DNA of 58,357 bases, the filler included, from Sphacelaria rigidula (lineage: Eukaryota): the NCBI GenBank assembly GCA_964200075.2. It is 9 parts of 9 records of this genome, joined end to end, with 100 filler letters (N's around TTAATTAATTAA, not from the genome) between each part and the next. Parts side by side here need not be neighbours in the genome. Positions count along the whole stretch, not along the records: positions 32,480 to 38,874 come from CAXNAA020020339.1; positions 38,975 to 45,369 come from CAXNAA020020340.1; positions 45,470 to 51,863 come from CAXNAA020020341.1; 6 more parts are not named here. One strand, written 5' to 3'. Below are positions 34,962 to 47,784 of the stretch, one piece after another; position 1 is the first letter of the stretch; each line of letters opens with the position of its first letter. Below the pieces are notes generated by a model. That model saw only the letters and a program-made list of their open reading frames with translations. It made no database searches and was not told the origin of the DNA. Position numbers and translations under genes: made by a program.

Positions 34962-37137
34962 GTCTTCTGTATGATAACGGGTAACTCCATGGGATCATCT
35001 CCGCCTCCTGCAATAAGTAGCCCAGGAAAAACACCAATTCAATAAAATATATCGAAATAGAAAATCAAACACTTCCATATACTTCCGAGGAGCTGAAGGG
35101 GTTTGTGAAGTGTACTGTTTTAAGAGTAAGTCTAATTGCCCCGCTTGCACGGGAGCGTTCACACGTGATCTTAGTGAGACATATATACACACCACATATA
35201 TATGTGTATATCAACAAGTATACGCGTGTCCATCTGATTTTGATCCCCGCCTTCTGGTGGAAGTGCACTTCGAGGTGAAGAATAAAATTGAATGCGACAT
35301 GATTATTGAAACAAAAATGGGTGGAAAAAACTGCAACACAAACGCGGGTCACGGTACGGTGCAAGTCATCTATCATATCGTCGGTTTTACGGGTGTTTCA
35401 TGGCTAGCATATTATATTAACATCAATGATGACCCTGCATTCGACTTGTCTTTTCTTCGTCTGTGACGCACTGACACAAAGGCACGGAAAATAGAAAACA
35501 TATTGATGGATGGATCGATTAATTGATAGGGTGGTCGACGGTCGCACAGGAACTGATCCGCTACGAACCCAGCCATGGTCATTAGATACAAGACTTCATC
35601 GAATACAAGATAGACGTAAGAACAACATAACCCGTAGGTGAAAGTACAGACAGTTCTCGCGCCCGATCAGCAGTGACTCAAGATACAGGGGGAGGGAGAG
35701 TTGAAAGGCAACACACCCAAAACAAAATGACATTTTGAGAGGGTCAACAAGCAGAAAAAAAAAGACACGCTGTAGGTCGACAACGACGTGAAAAGGCATG
35801 AGATACCACAGCATTTCATTTTCACGCTGGCGCATGCAGTTTTCCGCGGACGCATAGTGAGTATCACAGTATTTCCACCTCGAGTCGAAACGATCGAAAC
35901 TGTCAATATGACGATCGAGTGGTTGTGAAATTCGTCATCCTACGCTAATCAAATCAAGGTGACAATTACTGCTCATGCGAGCTGGGCCAGCTGACAATAA
36001 TTTGCGAATGTATCCGGGCCGGGTGGTGGGTAATCCGAAGCGTTGGGCGCTGAAAAATTTACACAACATTTTCATTATAACTACGCACAATCATCCCGGG
36101 GATGCCAAGAGGAAAAAAAAAGCCAGCGATTTGAAGTTTCTGCAAAAACTAGAAAGATGCTAGAACTCCGTGAAAATGAAGAAATACGAGGGCATCTCCA
36201 GTGTACGTGTGCATCCTTGTGTGGAGGGGATCCTGTTGCAATTTCGGCCAAAATTTTCAGAATTTGGCGCGGCATCCAACTTTTCGTCTGGCATGGCTGC
36301 GCTTCTTTAATCCAAGTGATGCACTTGACTCCAGTCATGGAGGTCACGAGTTCGAATCCCGACGGATTCCTTCTTGTTTTGTTCCGTCGGTTAGGTGACA
36401 CATTATGCAGTACCTGGTACATTTTTTTTTTTCATTCAGCGGCAGTCCCGTGCGTTACCACGTTGGTCTGGAGGCCACACTGATATACTCAAGTCGGGCT
36501 GATTTAGAAAACTTGATATGTTATGGTGTGACATGCAAATGCGGGATTTACTGCTGGCCCAGCTCGTAGCATTGTCAAATAACACACGAGGAGAAAAGCG
36601 GGGGTGTTTCGTTTCGACCCGGTGAGGGGGACCCACCCTTCTCCATCCACGAAAAAAAAGGGAGGATCTCCGAATGCGCTACGAGGGACAGACACCTGAG
36701 AACGTACTACTGTATATAGGTTCACACCTCATCCTCGGTGTTCTCCAAAGAATAGTCGATGTTTGTTCCGAGGTGTTCTTCTCACCTGGTCGTCTGCTAT
36801 CCATGTGCTACAGTACTGATATTTTTTTCCTACTTTTTTCTTGTGTATATTAAAATCACCCTGAGTATCCGAAGACCGCTGCCCATGTTGTCTTTGCTGC
36901 TGCCGGTCAACAACAACCCAGTCTTCCATCGGACAGTCGTCCCCACCGTTGCCGCTCGCTCCCGTACCGCGCCCGCCAGTAGGCCCGCCGTTTTCTGGCG
37001 ATCCAGCAGTGGTGTCATTGCTTGCAGATTCCGTGGCGTCCTTCATGTCTGTGTCGGCAGTTGCGGCAGCACCAGAGGCCGCCGCCGCCACCGGTGTTGG
37101 CGACGGTGCATGCTCCAAGTCCCTAATATCCAAGCCC
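34607..37137 (-). CDS. Ubiquitin-specific protease (peptidase C19), C-terminal part (exons 37137-36860, 35007-34607)
   Basis: 'GLDI' followed by a low-complexity insert and poly-Q, then the His box '[25 protein letters not shown]...WYEVSDDHVS...AAYVLFYQRR' and a stop at 34607. The phase-1 join CAG G|GTGATT to CAG|GAGGC keeps the frame. Confidence 0.92.
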
Positions 37138-38874
37138 CTGTTTTGACGCAAGTGAAAAACAAAAACAAAAAGCGTTACTAAAACACTTTTGCTTTTTTTT
37201 CAGTCACACTTGGAGAAAAAGCAAGGAATAACGCAGGCGGCGCCCACGGATGTTCTGCATGTGTGCATATGCGCGAGCTTTGACTCTCGTCGGCGGGCCT
37301 CTCTTTACTCCGCATGTGTGTATCACATGTCATATACACATGTATACATGCATGTGTAAATAAATACGAAAAAATCGCACCAGTCTTCTATCCCTTGTCC
37401 AAATTTTGGTGGTGAAGAAAAAAGAAAAGAGGGGCCCTGCATCCCCCCGTGGGCAGCTATTGCGCCTTCGCCGCGAAATCGTACGTCTTTTTTCCCCTCC
37501 ATAACCCCCAACACCCGAAAAAAACACGAGAAAATAAATACACATGACGGCTTAAAAGAAAAAAAAGAAAAGACAAGACGTCAACCATCGAGATTGAAAA
37601 CCACCGAACCTCATATACTAGCGTCCATGTACCCAGCTTTACCAACAGGGTGCGGCGATAAGTTTACCCCAAAAATACCAGAATGAAACTCCGGGTTTCC
37701 GCAAGGTCTGACGCGGTGCGTGCATCAGGTATCGCATGTCCACACACTTTTTATGTTTTTGCGACTCATTTGCCCGAACACTACACCCCGATGAGTCAAA
37801 CAGGTGAGTCAGCGCTCGCGCCCGGGGGCTAATTCCGCGCGTTCGGATCGATCCCGACAACAGTAAAATCCAATTCTCATTTGTTTTTCGTTGTTTCCGT
37901 CGTCTGATGCGTAAAAACGTGAGTTGGCGGAAACAACTCTGAAGTACGAGGGAATCCGACGGGGTGTGGTAGTGCTGATCCACCGCCTGATAACAAAATG
38001 CTAAGGAAAGTACCGGACGAGGGGGGCGTGGGTGAAGACTGCGCCGAAAAAAACCGAGGTTGAGCAAGGTTTGGGAGAAAGGAACTTCAAGGTTCCGGCC
38101 CAGCTACCGAAACACGATGTCAATTACAGCTCGAAGAACTATTGTAGCAACTCGTCTATTTGTGGGATCTTGCAGGGCTCCAGGAGAACAGAACACTGTT
38201 AAATATATATATATCCATATATATATATATATATAAGAAGTGCTCAATGCACGTTCAATCAACCATTGCATACACCCCCCCCCCTGTACCACAACATGGA
38301 ACATGACATGAATAATGTGTCTTCTTACGGATCATTACCGTAGAAACAAAGACAGCGACCTGCGGATGCTTTTCTGATGTCACACACACACAAATTCAGC
38401 CCAAGCAACGACTTTGAAACACTGCCTTCTATTGTCTTTCTAGTCTCCCATGACTTCGTACGTTTGGTTCTCTAGGTCTCTTCCCGTTCGAGCCGCCCAT
38501 TTCTTTTCTCTGTCTCGTGCGCCCCCAACATCATCCTTCTCGTGTGCTTCCGCACAACAGTCGACAATCGAAATGCCTCCACCAGGGAAGTTCGTAATCA
38601 ACAAACTGATCAAGGCTAGGACGGGATCGTTAGCCGGTCGTCTTGGGGTGTAGATGCAGTGCCCACGCCTGACTTTCCACGGTAATCCATGGCTTACAGT
38701 AGTCATCCTCCCGCTGAGGCATAGGAGCAGATAACGACCAAGTATATATGATGAGGAAGCTCCCGTGATTCATAGGGTACCGTACTATAGCATTCCCGGG
38801 GGGTACTGGGGGGGGGGGGGCGTACCCCTTTGTTTTTTGCCTTTGTCGTTTTACCATTTACCACGCCTCCCTTT

Positions 38875-38974
38875 NNNNNNNNNNNNNNNNNNNNNNNNNN
38901 NNNNNNNNNNNNNNNNNNTTAATTAATTAANNNNNNNNNNNNNNNNNNNNNNNNNNNNNNNNNNNNNNNNNNNN
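38875..38974. other. Artificial contig linker
   Basis: N44-TTAATTAATTAA-N44. Confidence 0.97.
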
Positions 38975-39254
38975 GAAGATTTTAATCCTCCGGGTTCTCA
39001 TCCTCAATCAATAGCACCATCCTCAATATAGATGATTGGCTGTTTATATATATATATATATATATACATGCATGATGGGCTTAGTGGTTGTTTATTCTGA
39101 GGGAGACACCCGAACCTTACTACTATTAGTTGGCATAATCCGGCCGGTTGGCAGGCAAGGTCGTAGAACTCAAGATAGATGGATCACCACTTGTCAGCCT
39201 CTGCAAGATATCGGTTTTCCGTACGGCTAGTGCAGGGTGAGGGGTAGGTATGTA

Positions 39255-39620
39255 CGTGTGTGTGTTGACATCCTCTCCATTCTGTATGCCAGTCTACATC
39301 TTTCTTCGGTCTACGTGGGGCGTATCAGCCGGACTCGCACACAGGAGGGTAGACGACACCGGAGTTTTTTTTTTTGTTGGTCGCAAATTGGCACTCCACC
39401 TGCCTCCTGCAGTGCTTGCCTCATTCTAATAGCAAGAAGGGTTCAGCGCCCTTTCCCTCGTCGACCGCGGAGTCGAACTTCATGTGCTCACGATATAGTC
39501 GCCCCCCACTGTTGTTGTGCGTGATGCGAGAATAATCCCAGATCATGTGACTTCACCGAGACTAGAACCCGCCCCCCAACCGTGTGTCATCATCCCATCT
39601 ATTCTGGACGCCAGTTTGGG
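39255..39620 (-). repeat. SINE family 1, one diverged copy plus a second 3' fragment
   Basis: Homologous to 46700-46950. A second tail fragment GTGTGTCATCATCCCATCTATTCTGGACGCC lies at 39582. Confidence 0.7.
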
Positions 39621-40436
39621 CGATTTTTGTTTGTTGGAACCCTCAACAGGAGATCTAGCTTACGACGTCGCTCAGCTGTGCTGGCTGGCAACATGCCGTG
39701 GGAGAAATGGCGGGCTGATTCCTCGAAGCCCCAGAGTCCTCTCGTGGGGAAAGGACGGGGGCAAGACGAAAAGTACGACGTCATTGATTCATTGATCGTC
39801 ACACGATGACTGGTCCCCGACGGGCCCAGCCACTCGTTGTCAAATTTAATTGTACCGAAGGTAACAGAACGGAAACGCTCGCTGACGAAAACGAAATGTA
39901 TGTGGAAAACAAGTCAATCAAGGTGGAATACCACATACATGCATTGTACGCCATTTTTCGCCCCCTCTCTGTTTTTGCACAAACGTGTTTTATATATATA
40001 TATACATATATGAGGATGAATCTTGCCAACTTTTTTAGTATCGAAATATTCCGAAATGCGAATGCAAATGCAGATGCACTCTCCGGTCGCGGTGTGTGTC
40101 ATCGCTCATCCGTTGATTTCCGTACACGACGCCTGTTCTTGTTTTGTCAAAGAATCCTCTGTCAAAATTGGATTCCATGAGCTGCTCGTGAATTTTGTTT
40201 TCTTGATAATGATAAACAAGGCCACACACCACGGCAGGACAGCGCAGTTGCCTTTCTGTTTTCGACATTTTTTTTATATATATTTTGGGAATAATATTAC
40301 TGATAATTTGAGCGCTCGCAAGGCTCATCCCACAAAACAAATCGATCGGCAAGTTGTGAAATCCCCGTTCGTTCCTGTTGTTGTCGTTTGTGCTGCTGCG
40401 GCTGTTACTGTTGTTGTTTCTGCTGCTGTCGATCAC

Positions 40437-43400
40437 CTTAATCCCTCCGTCAATCAAAAGAGCGCAGGGGCCGTCGGTGATACCGTAGGTGGATTGATTG
40501 GCGCCGAGATTCACCCTGTCCTGCATCTCCAGGATGTTGGCTGCGACAAATAACGTCAACGCGAGCACGCACACAGATGGCGTCGTCAAAATGGTCGGAC
40601 ACAAGAAAGGAAAAGAAAAAACAGGAAGTCAGGAACGAAAAGCTGAAAGAAAGAAAACACTGGCAGAGCCAAGGGGCCCTACATCGGGAAATTACGGCAC
40701 CAGGGCCCCCCTTGTCAACCTCATTCCGGGACAGGAGGAGGGGGGGGGGACACCTCGATTGTGATGGGAGGGTACCCCCCCTGATCGCTGGATGATGGCA
40801 ATAGTACTTGCTGTACTGAAATAATGAAAAATAATAAAAATAACAAATAACAACAAATAATAAATAAATAATAATAAATAATAATCAAACATTCCCTTTG
40901 CAACTTATCCATGTTGTGTCGCAATGCAGTATATGATGACATGTAGAAATGCACGTTGGACGAACGTTGCTGTCTGTTCTAACGCGGGCAAACAACGTGA
41001 CCATATAAAATTCACATACTTTACATAAATAGAATATCACAAGATTTCCATGCCGGTGGGTAATCCCGGAGTCAGGTTACATCACGAGCACAGCATGTAT
41101 ATTGCACAATATATATATATATTACACATTATTCGGTAGCAGCAAAGAGCTACTCGTCGTACACCGCTCTCCTCAGAATGGCGGCCGTACCACTACAACA
41201 ACAGCTGCTTGGCGGAAGTACTAAATCGGTGACCGCCGGTCTCGCCGAAGCTAGCGCACTCAATACTCATTATTCAGCGATCATCGCGACTCCAAAGTCA
41301 TTATCCAGCCAGCGAATTTGCTCCCCTACGACCACAAGAACGACTGACCCACCAAAACTCCTCGGTTTTGAGCTGCTCATGTCGAGGAGGACCCTAGGTG
41401 ATGCGATTGATCGTTTAATTCCGTATATTTGTTAAGAAACGAGAAGAGGAAGGTTTTTGCATAGCTGATGTGGTCATTTCCTCATTCTCGACCCCATTGG
41501 GGGGGGGAGGGGTCTGGTGTCGTGATTTCCCGACGTGGGGCCCCTTGGCAGAGCAATACACCAGCCCTTCCTAAAAGGACAAGTAGCCTAAAAAACAAAA
41601 AGGTTCCCACATATACTACTATCCCCAACCCCAGCCCTAACAAGAGGAAGCGGAATAAGTCCAGGGGCTCCCACCCGAAGACGAATTTTCAAAGGAAGGA
41701 GGTGGGGGGTGGGGGGGGGGGGGTAAGGGCAGTGATTTTTTTGCGAACCTCCTTGTTTTTAGGTTGATGTCCCTTTCGGTAATATGAGGTCGATCTGGAT
41801 GTTCGACAACATAAGGTCGATTTGAAGCTCTTCCGGTACCGTTATTGCGATGATTGTTGGATTTTGTTGGATGGGTTGGGATGTTTTTCCCTATTTTTTA
41901 TTTCTTTTATTTTTACAAGGGCATGGGAATATCGCTGTGTTGAATCACGCGAGACGCATCTCCCATAATGGTCGTCTGTCGCGCGGATTAATTCCTCCGG
42001 TCAGGCGCGTTAAGTGCACGACGATTGTATCAGTCGCGATTTGTCCGCGCTCGTGCGTCAAAAGCAGGTGTGCTTGTTGCGGTGATGTTCGTGGGGTTTC
42101 ATTCGCCCATCGTTACGAGTCCAACGAGGTTTCGTGCAAATGCCCTTAACGAAACGGATTGCGCTGCGATGTTGAAACAAGTAGATGAACATGTATGTGT
42201 GTGCTGGTAGAAAATATGAGAATGCGACTGACTGTCGATATCTTCACTTTAAAAAAACGAGAAATCAATACCATTCGGTTGGCGTCTGAAACTACAGCAC
42301 CAGAGTCGCCGGGTATCCTGCAAGTATCTTCTGTTCATCTGGTGTTACGGTGGATATTTACTCACCTTTCCCAAGTATAGTCGTGTGTTTTATTCCCAAA
42401 TATTTACTCACCTTTCCCAAAACATGCATGTTTTCGATAGAGCTCGGAAATGGTTTGCTTAACTATTAGCCAGTTGAATGGTTACGCGTAGCGCACTCAT
42501 TAAACAGTTGAATGGTACATAATGGTTTGGTCATCGAGCGGCGCAGCCGCGAGCCAAAAAGCCTTTCCCGGCACAGGGGATCCCGCCGGAGGCGCCCCCG
42601 GAGGGCCCCGCTGGAGGCGTCGTGCCGGAGGCACGTTAATACGCGATTTGGCTTCACTAGAGTTAAGAAATACATGAAAATATGGGGCAATGTTCGAGGG
42701 CTGGATGTAGCATACGTAGCCGGTAACGGCTTATAAAGCCGGTAACGGTAAATACTGGTTTGAAACCAGTATATAATTTTTCATGTAACCATTACCATTG
42801 GTACTATTATAATGATAATGGCCAGTTATAACTGGTACCATTTCCGAGCTCTAGTTTTTTTATATATTTCCCATCTGATGACGGCAGAATCAGAATTGGC
42901 TTTTGGAAGCTGCAAGGACACTGCGTTTCATGCATGGATGATGACTTCAAATTGAGTGCTATTTAGGACTCATCGTGTAGTAAACGCAGATCCCGACCCA
43001 CGATATGTACAATGTGTCGTTCGGGGGTGCAGCGACACGGCTGTCGGCAGGTACCTGAGCTGTTTCCTACGCCGACCTGCCCGGCGTCGTTCGCGCCGAA
43101 GCACACCACGCTCGCGTCGTCCAGAAGAACACACGTGAAGTCGTCGCCGCCCACCACCTGCAACAACAGCATTTTTTGAGTCAGACACACGAGAAAGCAC
43201 ACAACTTGGCGTGTTTTCGCTCCATATCATGACTTCTACACCATCTCGGGACCGCGGCTAAGATAGGAGTCATAGTGGATACGGCAAGTGCTGCGGCATA
43301 TATATATATATATAATATTGTGAGGGAATGAATCATTTACTCAATCAAACGCGCAAAACCTATCGATGCAGAGTACGGTGTTGAAACCTCGACGGTTCGA

Positions 43401-45233
43401 ACACTTGATATATTTGTTGTTGATGAAATGATAATACAGTCACGTACAGCAGCTACTACCAGCAACGGGTCACGGCAACACGCCTCGCTCACGCGCGGAC
43501 AGCGGGGGCACTACTTGCGAGACGATCACAATATAAATTATACGAGCGCCCCAACAGTAGAACAGATATCCCCGTGTGAAATTGGATATACAGCACAGTG
43601 CAGTACATATTTAAGTGCGTATATAGGTAGGGGATTTATTCGACTTACACCGCGGTATGGACTGAAACCTACCTGCAAGGCGTCATGGCCGCCTAGATGT
43701 ACCGCGGGCAGGTTAGTACCCATCTCTCCCGCCTCGTCGCCCCAGGTAGCCTTAGAACCCAGACCCAGCTGCCCTTGTGACCCGAAGCCCCAGCACTGCA
43801 GCACGCATTACAACCATATTCGGGGATTCGTTGGTTGGATACAACAAGAGGATGATAACGTGGGAAAGGAACGGAGTAAAGGAGGCGTGCGGGGGCGGGT
43901 GGTGGGGGGGGGTGGGGATGGTGGGGTGGGAGGGGGGTTCTTAACACGTCGAACACTTTTAGACCTCTGGGTGACTGTCGAACACTTTCAGACCTCTGGG
44001 TGACTGATAACGTGATGCTACGGTAGGCGGTGGTGTGTGTGTGTGTGTGTTTGAATACACGAAAGTAGGGGCTCACAGGAGTGCCAGACGACCTAACTAC
44101 TCGCGGTACGTTTGTGTTTGGGTGAAAATGATGCCATGGGTAACAAGCGCGTCCGAACAATCGCTGCTGCTTATAACGACGATTTGAGAAGGGATTTCAT
44201 GGAAGGAATGGCTCCAGATATCCCTCTCCTATCGTAGCATCACACTCGATAGTGACATATCTACATCAATATAGGGGGGCTTGTGCGAGACTTGAAAGTC
44301 AGCGATAGTGGTATGAAGCCTCATATGGGCGACATTGGCGAAACAAATTCCAAGCATGTAAGTATCCAGCTGCTCGGTGTGCTCGGCTTTCGTCACTTTG
44401 GTTTAAATGTAGTTTTTGTCTCTTCACACCAGCCCTTTTCGGGGGGGGGGGGGGGGGGTTTTGGGCCCACAGTGTAAAAAAAAAAAAAAAACAGTAAATC
44501 GGGGGAAAGGGAGGACATGTTGGGAGTAATGAAGGGGGAGNNNNNNNNNNGGTAGTCTCCTGTTTGTGGGGTTCGCGGTTTTTATTATTTTTTTTTAAAT
44601 GTTTGTTTTTTGCTCTCCAAACCAAGGGGGGGGGGGGGGGGGGGGGGGCTATTGCGCCATCAGTCGAATACAGAACAAAAACATGTACATCGGGGGAAAG
44701 CGACGACTTGTTGGGATCAATGAAGGGGCGGTACTTTGATTGTAGCTGACATTTATTTCTGTTTGAACCTATCTATGTATAGTGTATACGGTATACAGCA
44801 TACGCAGGCAAAAAACGATCCGACAAAATTTACCTGCAAGTGCGAAAAATAAGGATAGTTCACGGCTGGAACAGAAGAAAAACCACTCGCATTTTTTTCT
44901 TGTCGTTGGCACCATAATATCATCGCCATCAGATCATCAGATACATCATCACGTCTCTCGACAGACACATACCACTATTATACTTCGCGGACAGCATGCG
45001 CGCGCAGACACGCACCGCACAACGACACGCACGCAAACTGACACGCTGATACGCACCTTGAGATTTCCATTGTCAAGAACAGCGCAAGTGTGGTACGCGC
45101 CGGCCGCAATAGATGTCACAGTATGCGGACCCAGCGACACGAATTCTATGGTGTCACCCATGGAGTTCAATGTGTTGCCTCGGGATAGCGTGTCCCCGTA
45201 GCCCAGCTGACCCTTCGAGTTGCCTCCCCAGCA
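40437..45233 (-). CDS. RCC1/BLIP-II repeat beta-propeller protein, internal part (exons 45233-45057, 43795-43673, 43157-43055, 40540-40437)
   Basis: CWGGNSKGQLGYGD...IAAGAYHTCAVLDNGNLK|CWGFGSQGQLGLG...LPAVHLGG..ALQ|VVGGDDFTCVLLDDASVVCFGANDAGQVGVG...|...CALLIDGGIK. All splice sites are canonical and phases are consistent (0, 0, 1). Confidence 0.92.
42438..42853. mobile_element. hAT-type MITE (same family as 4037-4444), intronic
   Basis: TIR TAGAGCTCGGAAATGGT / ACCATTTCCGAGCTCTA; flanks GTTTTCGA / GTTTTTTT. Confidence 0.85.
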
Positions 45234-45369
45234 CTGAAGTCAAGATACAGGGAGTGACGGCGCCAGGGAAAGGGAGGAGGAGAAGGGGGGGGGGGGGGGG
45301 CTTTCAACGACGAAGGGCGTTGGGGGGGGGGGGGGGGGGGGGGGGGAAGAGGGGGGGGGGGGGGGGGGG

Positions 45370-45469
45370 NNNNNNNNNNNNNNNNNNNNNNNNNNNNNNN
45401 NNNNNNNNNNNNNTTAATTAATTAANNNNNNNNNNNNNNNNNNNNNNNNNNNNNNNNNNNNNNNNNNNN
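45370..45469. other. Artificial contig linker
   Basis: N44-TTAATTAATTAA-N44. Confidence 0.97.
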
Positions 45470-46699
45470 CGCCCCCCTGGTAGCTTCGATTACATTCCGC
45501 GTATTGATGATATCAATCTGGCATTTCTTGTTCAGCTCACAACTCTTAAGACTGAGCCGTGCGCAACGGTTCAACCCCACGGTATGACCCTCGACAGGCC
45601 CATCTCGCGCGCGTTTTTGGTTTGGAGACAATGGACCAACTTACGTTCCGACGACGAGGAGGTGGTCTACTTGGTTCCACCGCTTGCTCAGAGTTGTTTG
45701 GGGGTCGAGTTTGTTGATGTCATCCTGACCCCGACACCCAACTGTCGTCGTGACGAAACATAGGCCGTGAACAACTACAACAGATTATGCTTTTTCTTTT
45801 TCTTTTTTCTCCGGAGGCTTTGAAGACGCTTACGTTGGCGCACGCACAACACTGCAGCGAAATAACTGTAGCGAAAACGAATCCCAACACGTGGAACTTT
45901 CTGAGATATCCGTGCCAGAGTAGCGTAACGGACTACGTAGGATCTAGATCACCCTATCTTTGGGGGGGGAGGGGATCGACGCGGTCGTCACAGTGCTATG
46001 TGACATGCGACAAGCCTAGGTCCATAGATATGGCATCTTTTATCGTTTGATTGATTGATTGGTTGATGGATTCATTTCCGCACATGAAGTTATCCTCCAC
46101 GAGTCATGATCCAGCCATGGTCATTGTCGACGAGGTTGTCGTACCCAAGGTAAACAAAACGGGAACAGTGGCTGAAGAAGATCCCAGAAAACGGGAGTAT
46201 ACCAAGAAGGGAGAAAACTTGGATAGCTCGAGAGAGGAGGGGAAAGGAGATAAGGACAGAGAGAAATGAAAACAAAATAGAGCTACGGCCGGTCCCGGTG
46301 AAGAATGACGATGGTGCAAGGCACCTGAACCTCTCGCCGCAGCGCTCATGGTCGAGAGCGGTCCCAGCCCAGCCAACGCAGTTAATTCGGCAGTGATGAA
46401 CGCAGTCATCGTTGGCCGTGATGGCGTGTGTTGAGTGCTGGTCAGGGGTGGCAAAGATCAGAGTGAGGGGGTTGAACACCCCTATGCTCGGGTTCGCAAC
46501 ACACGTATTTTTTTTGCGGCGTTTATTGCATGCAAAATGAAGGTTGAATCGAGACACTCTCTCGCTGAACCGATTGATTTTTGCTGGGGTGTCCATGCAC
46601 GGCACGCATCGAAGGTCCAATCCGTTCGTTATCAATGTGTGATGGCGAGACAGCCAGGACGAAACACGAGCGTCCGATAGAAGACCGAAGGGGACGTGT

Positions 46700-47063
46700 A
46701 GTGTGTTGCGTGTGTTGCCATCTAATCTATTCTGGAAGCCGGTCTACACCTTTTGGCATATGTGGGCGCGCCAGTCGGGGTCACGCAGGAGGAAGGCCAG
46801 CACAGGAAGTTTTTCTTCTTTTGTTTATTTGTTTTAGTGCTCCACCTTTCCTCTGAGGTGCTTGTCTTTATTTTTTTTATCGCGTGAGAGGTTCAGCAGT
46901 GCCTTTCCCTCGTCGCCCATTAAGTCGAACTTTGTGCACCCACGACATATTCGCTCTCCACTGTTGGGCATTGTGTGGGGAAAATCGAAGATCGCTCCGA
47001 GATTCGAACCCTCGACCCAAACGTCAGAAGATTTCGAGGTTTCTGACTGAGCCACCGGGACGA
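46700..47063 (-). mobile_element. Near full-length tRNA-derived SINE (family 1)
   Basis: Minus-strand head TCCCGGTGGCTCAGTCAG (A box)...GGGTTCGAATCTC (B box, 47001-47010), then a body shared with four other copies and a CA-rich tail. Confidence 0.8.
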
Positions 47064-47210
47064 CCGACTATGTAGTACGTGCGATTATTCAGAAAATTCA
47101 TGTGTAGGATTTAAACACACAACGCTGAGTGCGCCTACGGTACTGTATACTGGGCAGAGCACTCGCAGACGATCGCTGTCGACAGTTTACGGTTGGGTGG
47201 CACACCACGA

Positions 47211-47784
47211 TAGGCCCTGACCGATAAGGCATGCCTTACTCGTTGCCTTGTAGCCTCTTTTCGAAAAGGGATTGCCTGATAAGGTGTTTTATGCCCGAGA
47301 TGCCTTATTTAACAAAGGCAAACACATGATACCACGAAAACATTAGCAGTGGGTCAAGCTCATGACAACGCCCACTTCAATTACTCGGGTAACCGGAGTG
47401 ATTGTCGAAGGCAAGTCTGTCGCAAGTCTAAGGACCTGTCTCAGCACACTAGTTTTCGATCGAAATTGTGCGGTGGAGAGCAAAAATCCCGATCTTATGG
47501 GTCGTAATTTCAACCATCGTCGTTAATTTTGAATGTGGTTGAAATCATAACCTATCACATCGAGATTTTTGCTCTCCACCGCACAATTTCGATCGAAAAC
47601 TAGTGTGCTAAGACAGGCCCTAAGGCAAGTCTCAGACATCCCGAGCTATGGGTAAGGCATTTGAGGCATGAATACGGGGTAAGGCACGCCTTAGCAGTTG
47701 CCTGAGGCCAACTCTTTTGCCTGAGAGTTGCCTTGAACGGTTGCCTTAGACCCCCCTTCGGCATGCCTTATCGGTCAGGGCCTA
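47211..47784. mobile_element. hAT-type MITE
   Basis: Perfect 25-bp TIR TAGGCCCTGACCGATAAGGCATGCC. Decayed 8-bp TSD CACCACGA / CATTACAA. Many internal AAGGCA/TGCCTT motifs. Confidence 0.85.
47432..47620. mobile_element. PIF/Harbinger (Tourist-like) fold-back MITE nested in the hAT MITE
   Basis: TAA|GGACCTGTCTCAGCACACTAGTTTTCGATCGAAATTGTGCGGTGGAGAGCAAAAATC... is mirrored at the right end, ...AGACAGGCCC|TAA. 3-bp TAA TSD. Confidence 0.85.

Noticed and set aside
36786..36859. Extension of the USP exon to the strong GTGAGA donor at 36785
   Set aside because: That donor is phase 0 and puts the His-box exon out of frame, while the phase-1 donor at 36859 fits. An unrecognised intermediate exon is not excluded.
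37860..37990. Upstream USP exon
   Set aside because: It has an acceptor-like site, but no frame gives the expected 'LP..L.IHLKRF...V.FP' motifs.
46990..47063. Functional tRNA genes (also 31604-31690 and 36290-36365)
   Set aside because: Only A/B boxes survive, no intact cloverleaf is evident, and the heads at 46990 and 31604 are attached to repeat bodies.
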